Source of the DNA: Dimorphilus gyrociliatus
Taxonomy: Eukaryota > Animalia > Annelida
DNA: 64,000 nt
Direction of reading: 5' to 3'
NCBI GenBank assembly: GCA_904063045.1
Contig: CAJFCJ010000022.1
Coordinates: 682,001 to 746,000, forward strand
This document shows, piece after piece, positions 11,001 through 23,566 of the stretch. Each line of letters starts with the position of its first letter. Within the stretch, counting starts at the first letter, position 1. The notes beneath the pieces are model-generated. The model did no database searches and was not told the DNA's origin. It saw only the letters and a list, made by a program, of their open reading frames with translations. The position numbers and the translations under genes were made by a program.

Positions 11001-12971
11001 CTTTTAAGTCGATTAGTCTCTCGGGGAACGCACAGATGGTTTCATTATAGGACACTTTTAGCAATTCTTCCTGTATGGTTCTTCATGGTCTCTTGGACGG
11101 CAGGAACTTCGGTTGCCGGAGGAATTTTTGTACCAACATTGTAAACTTTCTTTTTCATATATCACTTCTAGATACAATTTAATCTTCTCTCCTCCATCAA
11201 CTGTAAACCTTTCAGATCTCATACAATTTCACATATTTAATTTAATTTCATACGCCTCTGCCAAAAATTTACTGTCTCTCTTTTTAAGAATATCGGGAGC
11301 TATTTACGGAAGAGCTTTTGGTCTTGCAATCTTAGATATTTATACCTCTCGGACCGGCCATCAATATCCGATAGATTCTTATTGGGAATGGATCGACCCA
11401 GGAGCGATAGCCATGCTTGGAGCGGGAAGTCTTCTCGGTGGTGTCACTAGACTATGTCTCGCCGTTACCATGATTATTGTTGAAATGTCACAAGACATCG
11501 ACTTTGTAATTCCAGTTATGATTAGCATTTGGTCCGCCAAGGTTGTCGCCGATCAACTAGCTTTACCTTTGTATAAATTCATGTTGAATATTAAATCTCT
11601 GCCATATTTGGACGCTGAAGCCGAAGTAGTAATTGACAATGAAATGTATTATCAAGTTTTCTTAACAGTTTGAATCTTTTATAATTACAACTGATTTCCT
11701 CGTTAGAGTCAACTTGGAATTGTACAAGGCAAGCCACATTATGGCGTCGTCTCCAAAAACCATTCATAGCGTTGAATCGCTGAGTACATTGGCAAGGCTA
11801 CTGTTGGGAACAAAGCACGGAGGATTTCCAGTTGTGAAATATGACGAAGTAACTAAAACCGATATTTGTTACGGACTGATAACGAGGTAGGAATTTACTC
11901 GATTTAATCCTCTAACAGCAACGGTAATCTCTTTGTTTATTTCTTTGTATGCGTTCTATCTACTACGAAAGGAATGAATTGTACATCGTTATGTGTTGCG
12001 ATGACGTCTACAACGAGGAGCAGATAGGCAAAACTGTCACTCCAACAATCGAATGGGAGAAGGTTCGTTCCTCGTATTGTTACTCTTTCGTTTTCCGTAT
12101 TATCGGATTGTTCACTTTTTCTTTTCACTTTCCATCAAAGTACATCGAAAGAGAATGACGAAAGTTTGATATTTAACTGAAAATGTACTGAAAAGACGTC
12201 TTTTTTTCTAATTTGTACAGATATCGGTGGATTATCTAACTGATCCTTCGGCTATGGAAGAAAGGGTAAGAACTTATACGAAATTCGACCAATATAGAAA
12301 CATCTACGTAAATTTGGTTAGTGTTTTTATTTGTCTTTATTGAAAGGCGTCTCTTGAATATAATTGAAAAATCATGTTTGTTTGTTTGTTTTCTAACTAT
12401 TCAGGAACAATTCATTGACAAAAGTTGTACGAAAGTTGATCAAGAATACTCTGTGCATAGAGTTTATACTCTGTTTAGGACATTGGGACTTCGGCATTTG
12501 CTTGTTATAGACTCGTTGAATAGAATAGTAGGAATCATAACTCGCAAAGATTTAATGAACTTCAATATTCACGAAAAATTATGTCTGTTTGAAAATAGCT
12601 TGAAAATCGATGATAATCTATTCATAAGTTCTGCTGGTTGTAGCATGGAGGAAAAAGGAGAGAAAGATAGTGTTGTTTATCAGATTCTACCTGCCGTAAC
12701 TATCCCTAGGATAGATGAGGAAATTGAGGAAGGGTCTAGAAAAAATACGATAACTTCATTTGATAGGGGAAGTGAAAGCGTAGCGGCTGAAACAGAAGTA
12801 AACGATGAGGAAACGTTGAATGAAATTTTAGAAAGTGGGGAGAATAGTAAGAGGTGTGAAGAGAATTTACGGAAGAATAGCTTGGAATTAAGGAACGTGA
12901 AAAGAATCTCAAAAAGTGATTCAGTCGTAAAATTTGATTTATCTTATACTGATGAAAAAACTAGACTTTAA
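8029..12971 (+). CDS. CLC-family chloride channel/transporter, copy A (ClC-6/7-related, C-terminal CBS pair), ~980 aa. Exons 8029-8061, 8160-8258, 8337-8444, 8523-8695, 8871-9000, 9097-9174, 9247-9936, 10139-10248, 10719-10777, 10969-11140, 11289-11645, 11707-11886, 11972-12062, 12221-12316, 12405-12971
   Basis: CLC signatures GSGVPE, AAAFNAPIGGLLFAMED, GGIFVP, GGVTRLCLAVTMIIVE, PLY, and CBS motifs HGGFPVV and LGLRHLLV. Exon lengths sum to 2943 nt with consistent phases. The first coding exon is less certain (alternative at 6593). Confidence 0.93.
11308..12487 (+). repeat. Near-identical segment shared with 18570-19749 (direct repeat, offset 7262)
   Basis: Line-by-line comparison: 1180 bp with only 2 mismatches seen (12355/19617 and 12376/19638), spanning four introns. 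Confidence 0.93.
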
Positions 12972-13086
12972 TCTTTTCTTTTATAATCCAATTTACTAAG
13001 ATTTTAATTGTATTTTCTTTAAAGTTGTATCTGTTAAAGACAGAAAGAAAGAGAGAGAGAGAGAGAAGGAAAAAGTGGCAAATTGA

Positions 13087-13126
13087 AATAAACGTAGTTA
13101 TACAGTTTGTTGTAATCACGAATAAA
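13087..13126 (+). other. Candidate polyadenylation signals of CLC copy A
   Basis: AATAAA at 13087 and 13121, 115-150 nt after the stop codon. Confidence 0.4.
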
Positions 13127-14388
13127 TAAAACTAGAAAAAAAAAAGAGTTAAAAATTATCTACATATATTTATTTAAAAAAGAAAATTGAGCGGTTGGCT
13201 AAAGCAAGCATTAGGTAGGCCTTGTACAGCGTAACTGTAATTATATATATATATATAGCCATTGAGTTAAGTATTAATAAATGAAAAAAAAAATTATCTC
13301 TTCGATATAAAAGAAGAAAATTTGAAGATAAAAATGAATGTATTTTTATAGTTTATGCTTGTCAGATGTGTGTAAACATTATGTTATATATTTCCTTGTA
13401 TACATAATGTTAATGTGTTCGTAGGCATATACATAAAATGTGTACATAGTATATGATATATATATGCAAGTACTTCGTTTTCTCTTAAGCAAACATACTA
13501 TATAATAGAGAAAATTGCGGATAGAGATTAGCTATGACTCATTTTTCCTTATAAAAAAATGTAAATAACCGTAAGAGACAAGATAAAGTGAATGAAGAAA
13601 GAATAAATATCTATTTTTAAATTATAGAAATAATATAAAGACTAAACGATAAATGTAAGGACGATTTTATCTTTAGTTCAAGTTCGATACTTCACAGGTA
13701 ACTATTAATAATATGTTGTACGAGTATGTATAAATGCATATATGTATCTATGTATGTATGTATTTACGCGCGCATCTATCCCTCTTCCTCCCTCTCTCTC
13801 TCTCTCTCTCTCTGTCTATCTCCCACTATGATCATTCACTCTGTATTTATTACTTTTATAACTGTAAACTATATAGATTTATATAATTATTTTGCCGTGT
13901 TCTGATGGACAATTAACAGCATTTTTATACATTTAATCATACTGGGATTTACTCTTAATTTACTAAATGTTTGCTTCATCGATGTATTATGTTTGCCCAT
14001 GATAACTAGGTCACCACGTGCTTTTTTTAGCCAAAAAAAATGAATTACAACTGCTAAAGAATATAGGCTATTTTAAAAAGTTAAATTAGAGTTAAAGAAA
14101 TATTGTTCGGTTTATTTTGCAGACATTTTCCATTTGCTGTTTATGCTTGCTTCTATATTACGATTTATTGATTAAAGATTGAACTATTAAGTTAAAAAAC
14201 ATGAAAGATATTTTAATTTGTTTATATAGATTCATATCTAGTTTTTATGTCGGTTTTTTTTATCTTTCTTGTTTCTAATGCTAGATGTTAATTTATTACT
14301 TTTACTTCTCTTCTTCCTTTTCCCCTTCTTTCTTCTGTTAAGAATAAACAAGGAAGAGAAAACGGTGTCGTCACAATTTCACCTTTGA

Positions 14389-17300
14389 ATGATGTCAATG
14401 TCGGATGTCCATCGAGTGGCTCTTGAGAATTCAACGACGGTTGGTAGAAATATTCTTTTCAGATTAGAAAATGTTTATTTATGACCTTTATTTATATTTT
14501 CCTTTTTTGTTCATTTTCAATAGATTAGGCCTAGAGGGAATCATCAATCAGAATCAGCATCCGATATTTTGAGACCAGGGAGCGTGTCAGGCAGTCCTGG
14601 AGGACTTCGAAAAGTAATATTCTTTCATATGCCCCCAGTTGTATTTTCGCAAAAATTACCTAAATTGAAAATTTATCGTCAAAGAATCGTGTCATTCTAG
14701 AGGTGAATGACCTAATGAGAGAAGAAGGACTTTTAAAAGAAATTTTTTATTTTATCCTTCGAGGGAATAAGATTTAAATAATTACATTTTTTCTTTCTTC
14801 TTTTTTGACTTGTTGAAAAAAGGGACGTTCTAGAAATTCTATGACATTTGTTAATGAAGGATTTGATGGCGGCGATTCTAATATTGACTCCTTCCGACGT
14901 CAATCATCCAGTAATTCCAGCAATAAAGTAAGTACAAAGTATTTTTAATTGCCATAATTTCGTATCATTCAATTACGTTATCTCTCTCTCTCTCTCTCTC
15001 TTTTCATGCATTCAATTTACACTATATAACTTGTCTGTGTGCTGTGTATTATTGTATATATTTTGTGCTTCTATTCCCTCAACACTCTAACAATTCAACC
15101 TACAGAACTTAGATCTGGCTGCGCCAACCTTTTGGGAAAGCATATCCCAATCTAAGCCTATTCAATCATTTTCTATTTGATTGCAACAACACTTATTGTC
15201 TATTCAAAAGATTTTGAAAAAAAACTCCAAGGCATATAAGACAAACAAATCTATTCCCGAGTTCCAATTTGTTCAATTACTTTCTTCCACCTAATTAGCT
15301 TATTGGACTCTGTCTTGCAATGTATGGAGAATATCTATTATCCAATTCGACAATCACTGTGAAGTCATTTCTATATGATTATCATAAATCTTACTAGTAT
15401 TGGGTACGAGTCTCATCCTAGACCGTTTTTTTTTCAATACATGAAACCGTTGTTGCTTCTCTCTCTCTCTCTCTTTCTGCTGTCTATCATTCCTCTTATT
15501 GTATTTTTCGTATTCCTTATTCTGATAATTGTTCATTAGGTGGCTTATTAAATTTTCTTTATCGAAATATGTGACGCGAATACAAGAGAAGAAGAAATAG
15601 GTTAACTGTAATTGTTCTTTTAGCTGAGCAGCTAATATTTTTAAACGTATTAGATCAACTTGTTTATTATTTTTTTAAGTAAGATTCTCTTATCAGATAA
15701 TTACAAAGTGTTTATTGCTGTTTTTGTATGTATTAACATACAGTATTGGTATATACAGTATATACAGTATATACAGTATATATACATGCATATGCATTAC
15801 TGTATAGTGTATATTGTCTGTTGATTGTCTTAACTACCAAACGAGGTATAATGACTTGACCTTAATACTATGATTATTAAGTTTATTACTAATAATTCTT
15901 ATAATTATCTGAATGAATTATTAAGCTATTTTCTTCATCATCTTGTAGTAAAACTCTTAAGAAACGATAATAATTTTTCTTAAATAACTTATTTTTTTTC
16001 AATCTCTTATCCGCTAAACAATTTTTTTTAAGAACACTTCTAGAGATACAACTAATGATAAGTCTATAATTAGAAATTCCTTCTTTCATTCTCTTCTTCT
16101 TCTTCTTCTTCTTCTTCTTCTTCTTTCACTGCTTCATTTGCATGCGCTTGTCTAATGCCTTAGTTATGTGTAGACGTAAACGCTATCGATTCTTAATTAT
16201 TATTCCATTCCCTTATCTGTTGTATTATCTTCTATTCTCTATCTACAGTCGCAAGAGGGTGGATTCTTCTACAGGAGATACTCACTTCATCTTTCCAAAG
16301 TAAAAACTCAAAATTTTACGTGGAAACAAAAACAAGAGATATCCAATTTCTCCGGTTTAAATTATATGCCGGCTCACAGCGATTTATACCTTAAGTGGCT
16401 TAACGAGCATCCTTTAAAACGGTATATAAACTATTGACCAATCACAATCATTTTAAAAAGGCCTATTATATTCTCCCCGTCACTGCTATTTCTTTAATTT
16501 GAAACAGTCTAGAATGGGATAGATGGATGCTAATGACAATTATCGGAATTTGCATAGGGCTTATGGCTTTTTTACTTAAGCAAATATTAGCCGTTCTGGG
16601 CGACGCCAAGTGGACAAAGGCACGTCAATTAGTAACGGTAAAAAATTTCATATTCAATTGAAATATTCCATAAAAAAGATATATCATTCTTTGCTGTTTT
16701 TTAATCATCGATTGAAAAAATTTAACGATTTCTCTTCGTCTCTTTTTACAGGAAAGCCTTCTTAAAAGTTGGGGATGGACGGCAGGTATTAGTGTTATCT
16801 TTGTTCTACTCAGTTCCATCCTAGTTGTTGTAAGTACTATTGATTAAAACTGTATGCTACCCGCAAAAAAACAACGGACAGAAAACAAACAAAGCAAAAC
16901 TCTGCTCATTTAGCCATTCATACATCATTTCTCTCTCTCTCTCTTTCTCTCAAAAAATGCCTTAATATTTAATATATTTGATTTTTTCACTCTTTTCTGT
17001 TTCCTCTTAACTTCATTTTCACTCTAAATCCCTTGCATTCGCTTCTTAGACAAACGCCTAACTTTCGAATTTTCTGCAGTTTGTTCATCCACCTGCTGGA
17101 GGCAGTGGCGTTCCAGAAACCATCACTTTCCTTAATGGAATTGTTATTCATCAAACGTTATCTCTCCGTAATTTCATTGTGAAATTCGCTTCCGTCGTCT
17201 TTGCAGTGTCCAGTGGACTACCAAGTTCAATTCAAGGTCCAATAATTTCGTTAGGAGGAATCGTTGGTTCCGGAGTAGGTCAATTTCAATCAAAGTCTTT

Positions 17301-20185
17301 AGGCTTTCAACCAAAATGCTTTTCGAGATTTCGAAATGCCGAAGATCGTCGAACATTTACAACAGCTGGAGTTGCCGCAGGCGTAGCCGCAGCTTTCAAT
17401 GCTCCTATCGGAGGTCTTCTCTTCGCAATGGAGGATTTATCTTCTCATTGGAATAGGAAATTATCTTGGCAAACGTTCTTTTGTTGTTGTATCTCCGTAT
17501 CGGTTGCGAATTCTTTCAATTCGGCATTCGATAGATTCAAATGGCAAGGCAGTTTTGGACTGTTTAGCCTATGGGTTGCCGAACCAACTCAAGTGAACAT
17601 TCTCCTGCTGATTCCAGCCATTATTCTCGGATTGATAGGAGGAGTTCTAGGCGCAATATTCACAAGACTAAATGTCGCTATAATAGAATTACGAAAATTT
17701 CTATTCGGGAAGATAAAAAACTTGAATTTACAAAGATTAGTACAGATAATCGAGCCTTGCATCATAGTGGTAAGATAACTTTTATCTATGCTAATATAGA
17801 AAGTTTTTTAGTCTGAAAGTATTGAATAATTCCATTAAACAATAAATGTTTTTTCTCTTCCCGCTAAAAGTTAATCATGACAATATTTGTGATTCTGATG
17901 CCTTCCGCCTTTAAATGTACGCAAAATAGTGGTCTGGACCAGAATGAAACCAGTATCTTAGCTCGCCAGTGTAACTTAACGTAAGTAGCGGAATTTTAAA
18001 TGAACGGCAAAAGCAAGTATTTAAAACTTCTCTCGAATATATTCAGCTTACACATTTTTCAACCTGACGAATACATTTGTGATAATAACTCATCTTACAA
18101 TGAAGGTAACAGACAGGACTGTCCATATTCTCTAAAACAATTCTATTCATAAATATTGGCATTTATCCATTGACATTAACATCATTTAAACGACAAAACC
18201 ATTTTGCAGCCGCAACTTTACTCATTGGTTCTGGAAATAGGCTCTTATCTCGACTGGTCTCTCGAGGAACACACAGGTGGTTTCATTATAAGACACTATT
18301 AGCCATTTTACCCGTATGGTTTTTTATGCTATCTTGGACAACGGGAACATCAGTAGCCGGAGGAACATTTGTGCCAATACTGTAATATTCTAAATATATT
18401 GATAATTGCAAACAAACACAACGAAAAGTCGCTCTATATTAATTGACGCCCTTTGTCATATTCTATATATATAATTCGTTTCTCTCATACATACATTAAT
18501 CTTTCTTATCAATATTTCATCAAGCAATTATATAACATTTATATCTTTAGAGTGTCTGGGGCTCTCTATGGAAGAGCTTTTGGTCTTGCAATCTTAGATA
18601 TTTATACCTCTCGGACCGGCCATCAATATCCGATAGATTCTTATTGGGAATGGATCGACCCAGGAGCGATAGCCATGCTTGGAGCGGGAAGTCTTCTCGG
18701 TGGTGTCACTAGACTATGTCTCGCCGTTACCATGATTATTGTTGAAATGTCACAAGACATCGACTTTGTAATTCCAGTTATGATTAGCATTTGGTCCGCC
18801 AAGGTTGTCGCCGATCAACTAGCTTTACCTTTGTATAAATTCATGTTGAATATTAAATCTCTGCCATATTTGGACGCTGAAGCCGAAGTAGTAATTGACA
18901 ATGAAATGTATTATCAAGTTTTCTTAACAGTTTGAATCTTTTATAATTACAACTGATTTCCTCGTTAGAGTCAACTTGGAATTGTACAAGGCAAGCCACA
19001 TTATGGCGTCGTCTCCAAAAACCATTCATAGCGTTGAATCGCTGAGTACATTGGCAAGGCTACTGTTGGGAACAAAGCACGGAGGATTTCCAGTTGTGAA
19101 ATATGACGAAGTAACTAAAACCGATATTTGTTACGGACTGATAACGAGGTAGGAATTTACTCGATTTAATCCTCTAACAGCAACGGTAATCTCTTTGTTT
19201 ATTTCTTTGTATGCGTTCTATCTACTACGAAAGGAATGAATTGTACATCGTTATGTGTTGCGATGACGTCTACAACGAGGAGCAGATAGGCAAAACTGTC
19301 ACTCCAACAATCGAATGGGAGAAGGTTCGTTCCTCGTATTGTTACTCTTTCGTTTTCCGTATTATCGGATTGTTCACTTTTTCTTTTCACTTTCCATCAA
19401 AGTACATCGAAAGAGAATGACGAAAGTTTGATATTTAACTGAAAATGTACTGAAAAGACGTCTTTTTTTCTAATTTGTACAGATATCGGTGGATTATCTA
19501 ACTGATCCTTCGGCTATGGAAGAAAGGGTAAGAACTTATACGAAATTCGACCAATATAGAAACATCTACGTAAATTTGGTTAGTGTTTTTATTTGTCTTT
19601 ATTGAAAGGCGTCTCTCGAATATAATTGAAAAATCATTTTTGTTTGTTTGTTTTCTAACTATTCAGGAACAATTCATTGACAAAAGTTGTACGAAAGTTG
19701 ATCAAGAATACTCTGTGCATAGAGTTTATACTCTGTTTAGGACATTGGGGCTTCGGCATTTGGTAGTCATAGATTGTTGGAATAGTGTTGTTGGAATTAT
19801 AACTCGTAAAGATTTAATGAATTATCACTTAAATGAGAGATTGAGCCTCGTTGAGAGTAGTTGGAAAGTGGAAGAACAAATAACTAACACTAGTAACGAA
19901 GATAAAGGAGACAATTCTGCCTACCAAATCCTTCCTGCTGTAACAATTTCAAGAATAGAGGAAGAAACTGAGGAGACTTCTAGAAAAAATACGATATCCT
20001 CAGTCGATGAAGAGGCTGATGGAAAGGACAGGAAAGACGAAAATGGCAATGCAAAGAGTCCCGCTAAAGAGGGGGAAATGAAGGAAAGTTTTCAAGTCGT
20101 AACAGAGGTTAAAATGAGAAGCAATAATAGAGCTAAAGGAAATGAAGAAGCGGTTAGTGACGAAAGAGAAAAAAGTGATAGCTAG
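14389..20185 (+). CDS. CLC-family chloride channel/transporter, copy B (tandem paralogue of A), ~966 aa. Exons 14389-14439, 14524-14613, 14823-14927, 16249-16421, 16508-16637, 16752-16829, 17080-17769, 17871-17980, 18047-18105, 18210-18381, 18551-18907, 18969-19148, 19234-19324, 19483-19578, 19667-20185
   Basis: Same 15-exon layout and phases as copy A; internal exons 4-14 have identical lengths. Same CLC motifs. Open reading frame of 2901 nt. Confidence 0.93.
15739..15804. repeat. Cluster of TACAGTA/TACTGTA heptamers, including a (TATACAGTA)x3 tandem
   Basis: Copies at 15739, 15754, 15763, 15772, 15798. Confidence 0.85.
18570..19749 (+). repeat. Second copy of the near-identical CLC segment (11308-12487)
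   Basis: Same comparison as above. Confidence 0.93.
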
Positions 20186-20226
20186 TTTAACTTTTTTTAC
20201 AGAAGATAGGAAGATGAAACTGTCTC

Positions 20227-20232
20227 AATAAA
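20227..20232 (+). other. Candidate polyadenylation signal of CLC copy B
   Basis: AATAAA 41 nt after the stop, followed by a T-rich sequence. Confidence 0.35.
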
Positions 20233-20725
20233 TTTATAAAATGTGATATTTTGAATTGTTTCCTCAGTTTTTTTTTTATTTATTGTGGCATTTGGCTGCT
20301 TTTCGTATCTTTGTCCTTTTGCAGCGTTAATTCGATTTCTTTTATATGATATGAAAAGGAGATATGTATGCGATTCATGAGGAAGAGAAGGGGAGAAAAG
20401 GATGATAAGATGGATGGATGGATGATTGATTGGTTTCAGTGGCATTTCCTTTAGAGAGGATTATCTGCTCTTGTGAATATATGTGTATGTATATATTGGC
20501 GTGTATGTGTGCTGTACATATAAATGTAAATATACATTTATATAAATATATATATATACAGTATATATCTACTTGATAAAAGTACAACTAAGGGAAAAAA
20601 TCATTTTTCTCTTCTCAAAATTTTGTTTCATATCACAAAAAAGTATAGATTTTCATCTGCGTTTTGCGTTTTTTTGCGTTTTTTTGCTTATTTATAAGAA
20701 TACTTAATAACAGTTTGAGTATAAA

Positions 20726-23518
20726 TCAAGAACATATCTGCTTTTCGACTCTTTCAAAGTCCATATTGAACATATCAATTGAAGAATTTGCTGTTGCTTT
20801 CATCTCACGCCAGCCTTCGTCGACAATACTCCATATTTTTCGATTCCTTTCAACAGTTTCTTCGAGAGGCTTTGCTGCCGGAAACAATTTTCCCAATATT
20901 CTGAAAACTGGTAAGGCGATTCTATCCAAGAAATTCACTTGGTCTTCACTTATGTTTGCTCTTTGCCTGTCCATTTGAACGCTTGGTGTTATACCTTGAG
21001 CTTTCTCCATATCTCCTTGAGAGAAGAATTCATTATAGATCAAATTTGCAACAGTTTTAGAATTACTAAAGCACTTTGCTTGATCGGATAGATCGGAACA
21101 AGTTATCAGTAAAGATCTTAGGAGGTACTGGTGTTTTTTGTTAGTCTTAACAAATCCGCTGTCGGCCATTTTTTCCTGATCCTTAACTAAATTTAAGTGT
21201 AGACCTAAATCTGTCGCTAAAATGATATCTCTCATCAACTCTACAATTCTCTCGTAGTTCTCCGAGCTCAAATTTTCAAAAATGTTACAATCGGCACTGT
21301 TCAATATGCAGAGAGTTTGATTAAAATGATGTCTTTCCATAACAGATCCCTCGGAACTGTAGAGTGTGGCTAAAACTGTTTTCTATGAAAAAGAGAAATA
21401 CAATTAGCATTTGGCATCTATTTTGCATTTGAAGAGAGGAACATACAAAGTGCTTTTGATAAGCGTTGGTTGTTCCTCGATGGTCGATATCGTGGCATAA
21501 TCCGGCAACTGTTAGAGCTAAGCAGTCTAAATCGCTGCGAAATTAGAATAAAGAAAGGTCATATTAATTGGGGTTTTTTTTATTTGATTGGCGTTGAAAG
21601 GAAGGAAATAAGGAAGGAAGGAAGGAAAGTAAAGAGAAATGAGAGATGAATACTTACTCCATGTAATTGGACAAACCAAAATTTTTATACATAACATAGC
21701 AGAAATGCGCAACGGAGAAGGCGTGAACCCAATTGTGATAGGGTGGATCTCTATATCCTTTTCTTACCATTAACACAAAACGAGCCAATTTTGGTTTAGA
21801 AATACGAAATTTGCTTATAAAATTCATATCTTCTAGCATGGCGATAAAAGCCTGAAATAGAGAAGAATGACGATAATTTAGAAAAGAGGGGAATGAGAGA
21901 AAGAAAGAATTGCAGATTTGCAAGACAGATAGAAATTGAAAGAACAATATACAATATATACAATAAGGGGAATGCATTACTGTACGCTGTATACTCTATA
22001 CTGAATACTGAATACCAAACATATGAAAGGTAGAAAATATCAATTGTACAATCAGCATAGGCTGCTTTATAGTACAAGTAATATACTTTATTCTGTCTAC
22101 AGACCAGATTAAGTACTCTGTACTGTATAATTTACAAAGGGTCGATTAGATAATTACTCTTCCTAGTAGGGTTTTCTCCCTTAATTAGATAACGGCACCA
22201 GAATTAATTACCATTAAACTAATTACTAATAAAATTAGATTTTAATTTTTATCTTACCATGGCCATTTCATTTTCGGAAAGAATTCTCGGTAGAAACGAC
22301 AACGAATCAAGTTCCGGATGAATTTCTTTCACTGAAGGATTCTGATTTCTGGTGAGTTGTTGATAATCTTCCGTACATACCTAAATGATAACGGCGATGA
22401 AGAGGCGGAAGGGGAAAAAAGAGGGAATTTTAAAAATAAGACAAAATTGAGAGGCTGGCCCAAGATGAATAGATTAATAGTTGGAGCCGAGCACGTTGGT
22501 CTAAAAATAGAGATAATCACCTGCATATGATAAAGCATCAACTCGTTGGATAATTGAGTTCTGTGTTGCGATTCTCTAACTTTTTTGTAGAGGATACTCT
22601 GTGTTGTCGGTATTAAAAGGGGGAAAAGAAATGTCTTTAAATACTGAATACGCCTATTATTCCCTATTGTATAGCCCAAAAGTAAAATAATGACTACTTA
22701 CGTGCATTATGCTTATGCAGCAATAAACGGAGAAAGCCTGGGCAATTTCAATGTCGTTAGCAGTGAAACCGGCGGCGTTGATTTTATTACATAATTGAGC
22801 TACTCCAACGACAACGTCTGAAATATCAGTCTTGTTTATTATATACAATTCACCGTTATTCAATATGGTAATTTCTATCATACTATTTTCATCCTTAATG
22901 GGAAAGCAGAGTATATTTCTCGTTCGGAAACCCGTACTCTCATCAACGCCTCTATAGAAAAGGTCGTGTGAATAGGCATCGTCTATGTTGAGTATTTCTC
23001 CTAATTGAATAAACAAAAGGCTGGTAAAATGTTCGTTTCTAGGCTAAAAGTATCACAATGACTACCAGTCGTTGCCACGTGGCCAGCTATTCCTTGAGAT
23101 GCAGGTATACGAATTTCATTGCGGCTCTCCTGTCGGTCGTTCTCTCCGCTGTCGAATACTTTGGCGACGAGTTCATCGGTTTCCTTCTCCAAAAGAAAGA
23201 CCGAACATCTAAAGGAGAAATAACGAATAGTTTATCGTTTTAGACGGCGTGCAAATGCATCCATAAGAGGCTTACGACGTTAACATACTACAATCATGCA
23301 CCAGCCTTGGCTTATTACTGGAAAATTTAATGTAAAAGAATTCCCTGTAGGCTAAACATAATCAGAAAAATGCATGCCGAGTCAGCACTACAACACGAGT
23401 TATAGGATCCTGTTATATCAACATTATTCTCCCCCTCTCTCCTCCTTTTATGTTTTCATAATTAACCACCATAACGATTTCTTATCGATCTATGCCTAGA
23501 TTGATAATCGTCTTCTCT

Positions 23519-23566
<48 letters not shown>

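Noticed and set aside
8029-20185. One CLC copy being a pseudogene
   Set aside because: Both rebuild into full ORFs with GT-AG introns, matching phases and no premature stops.
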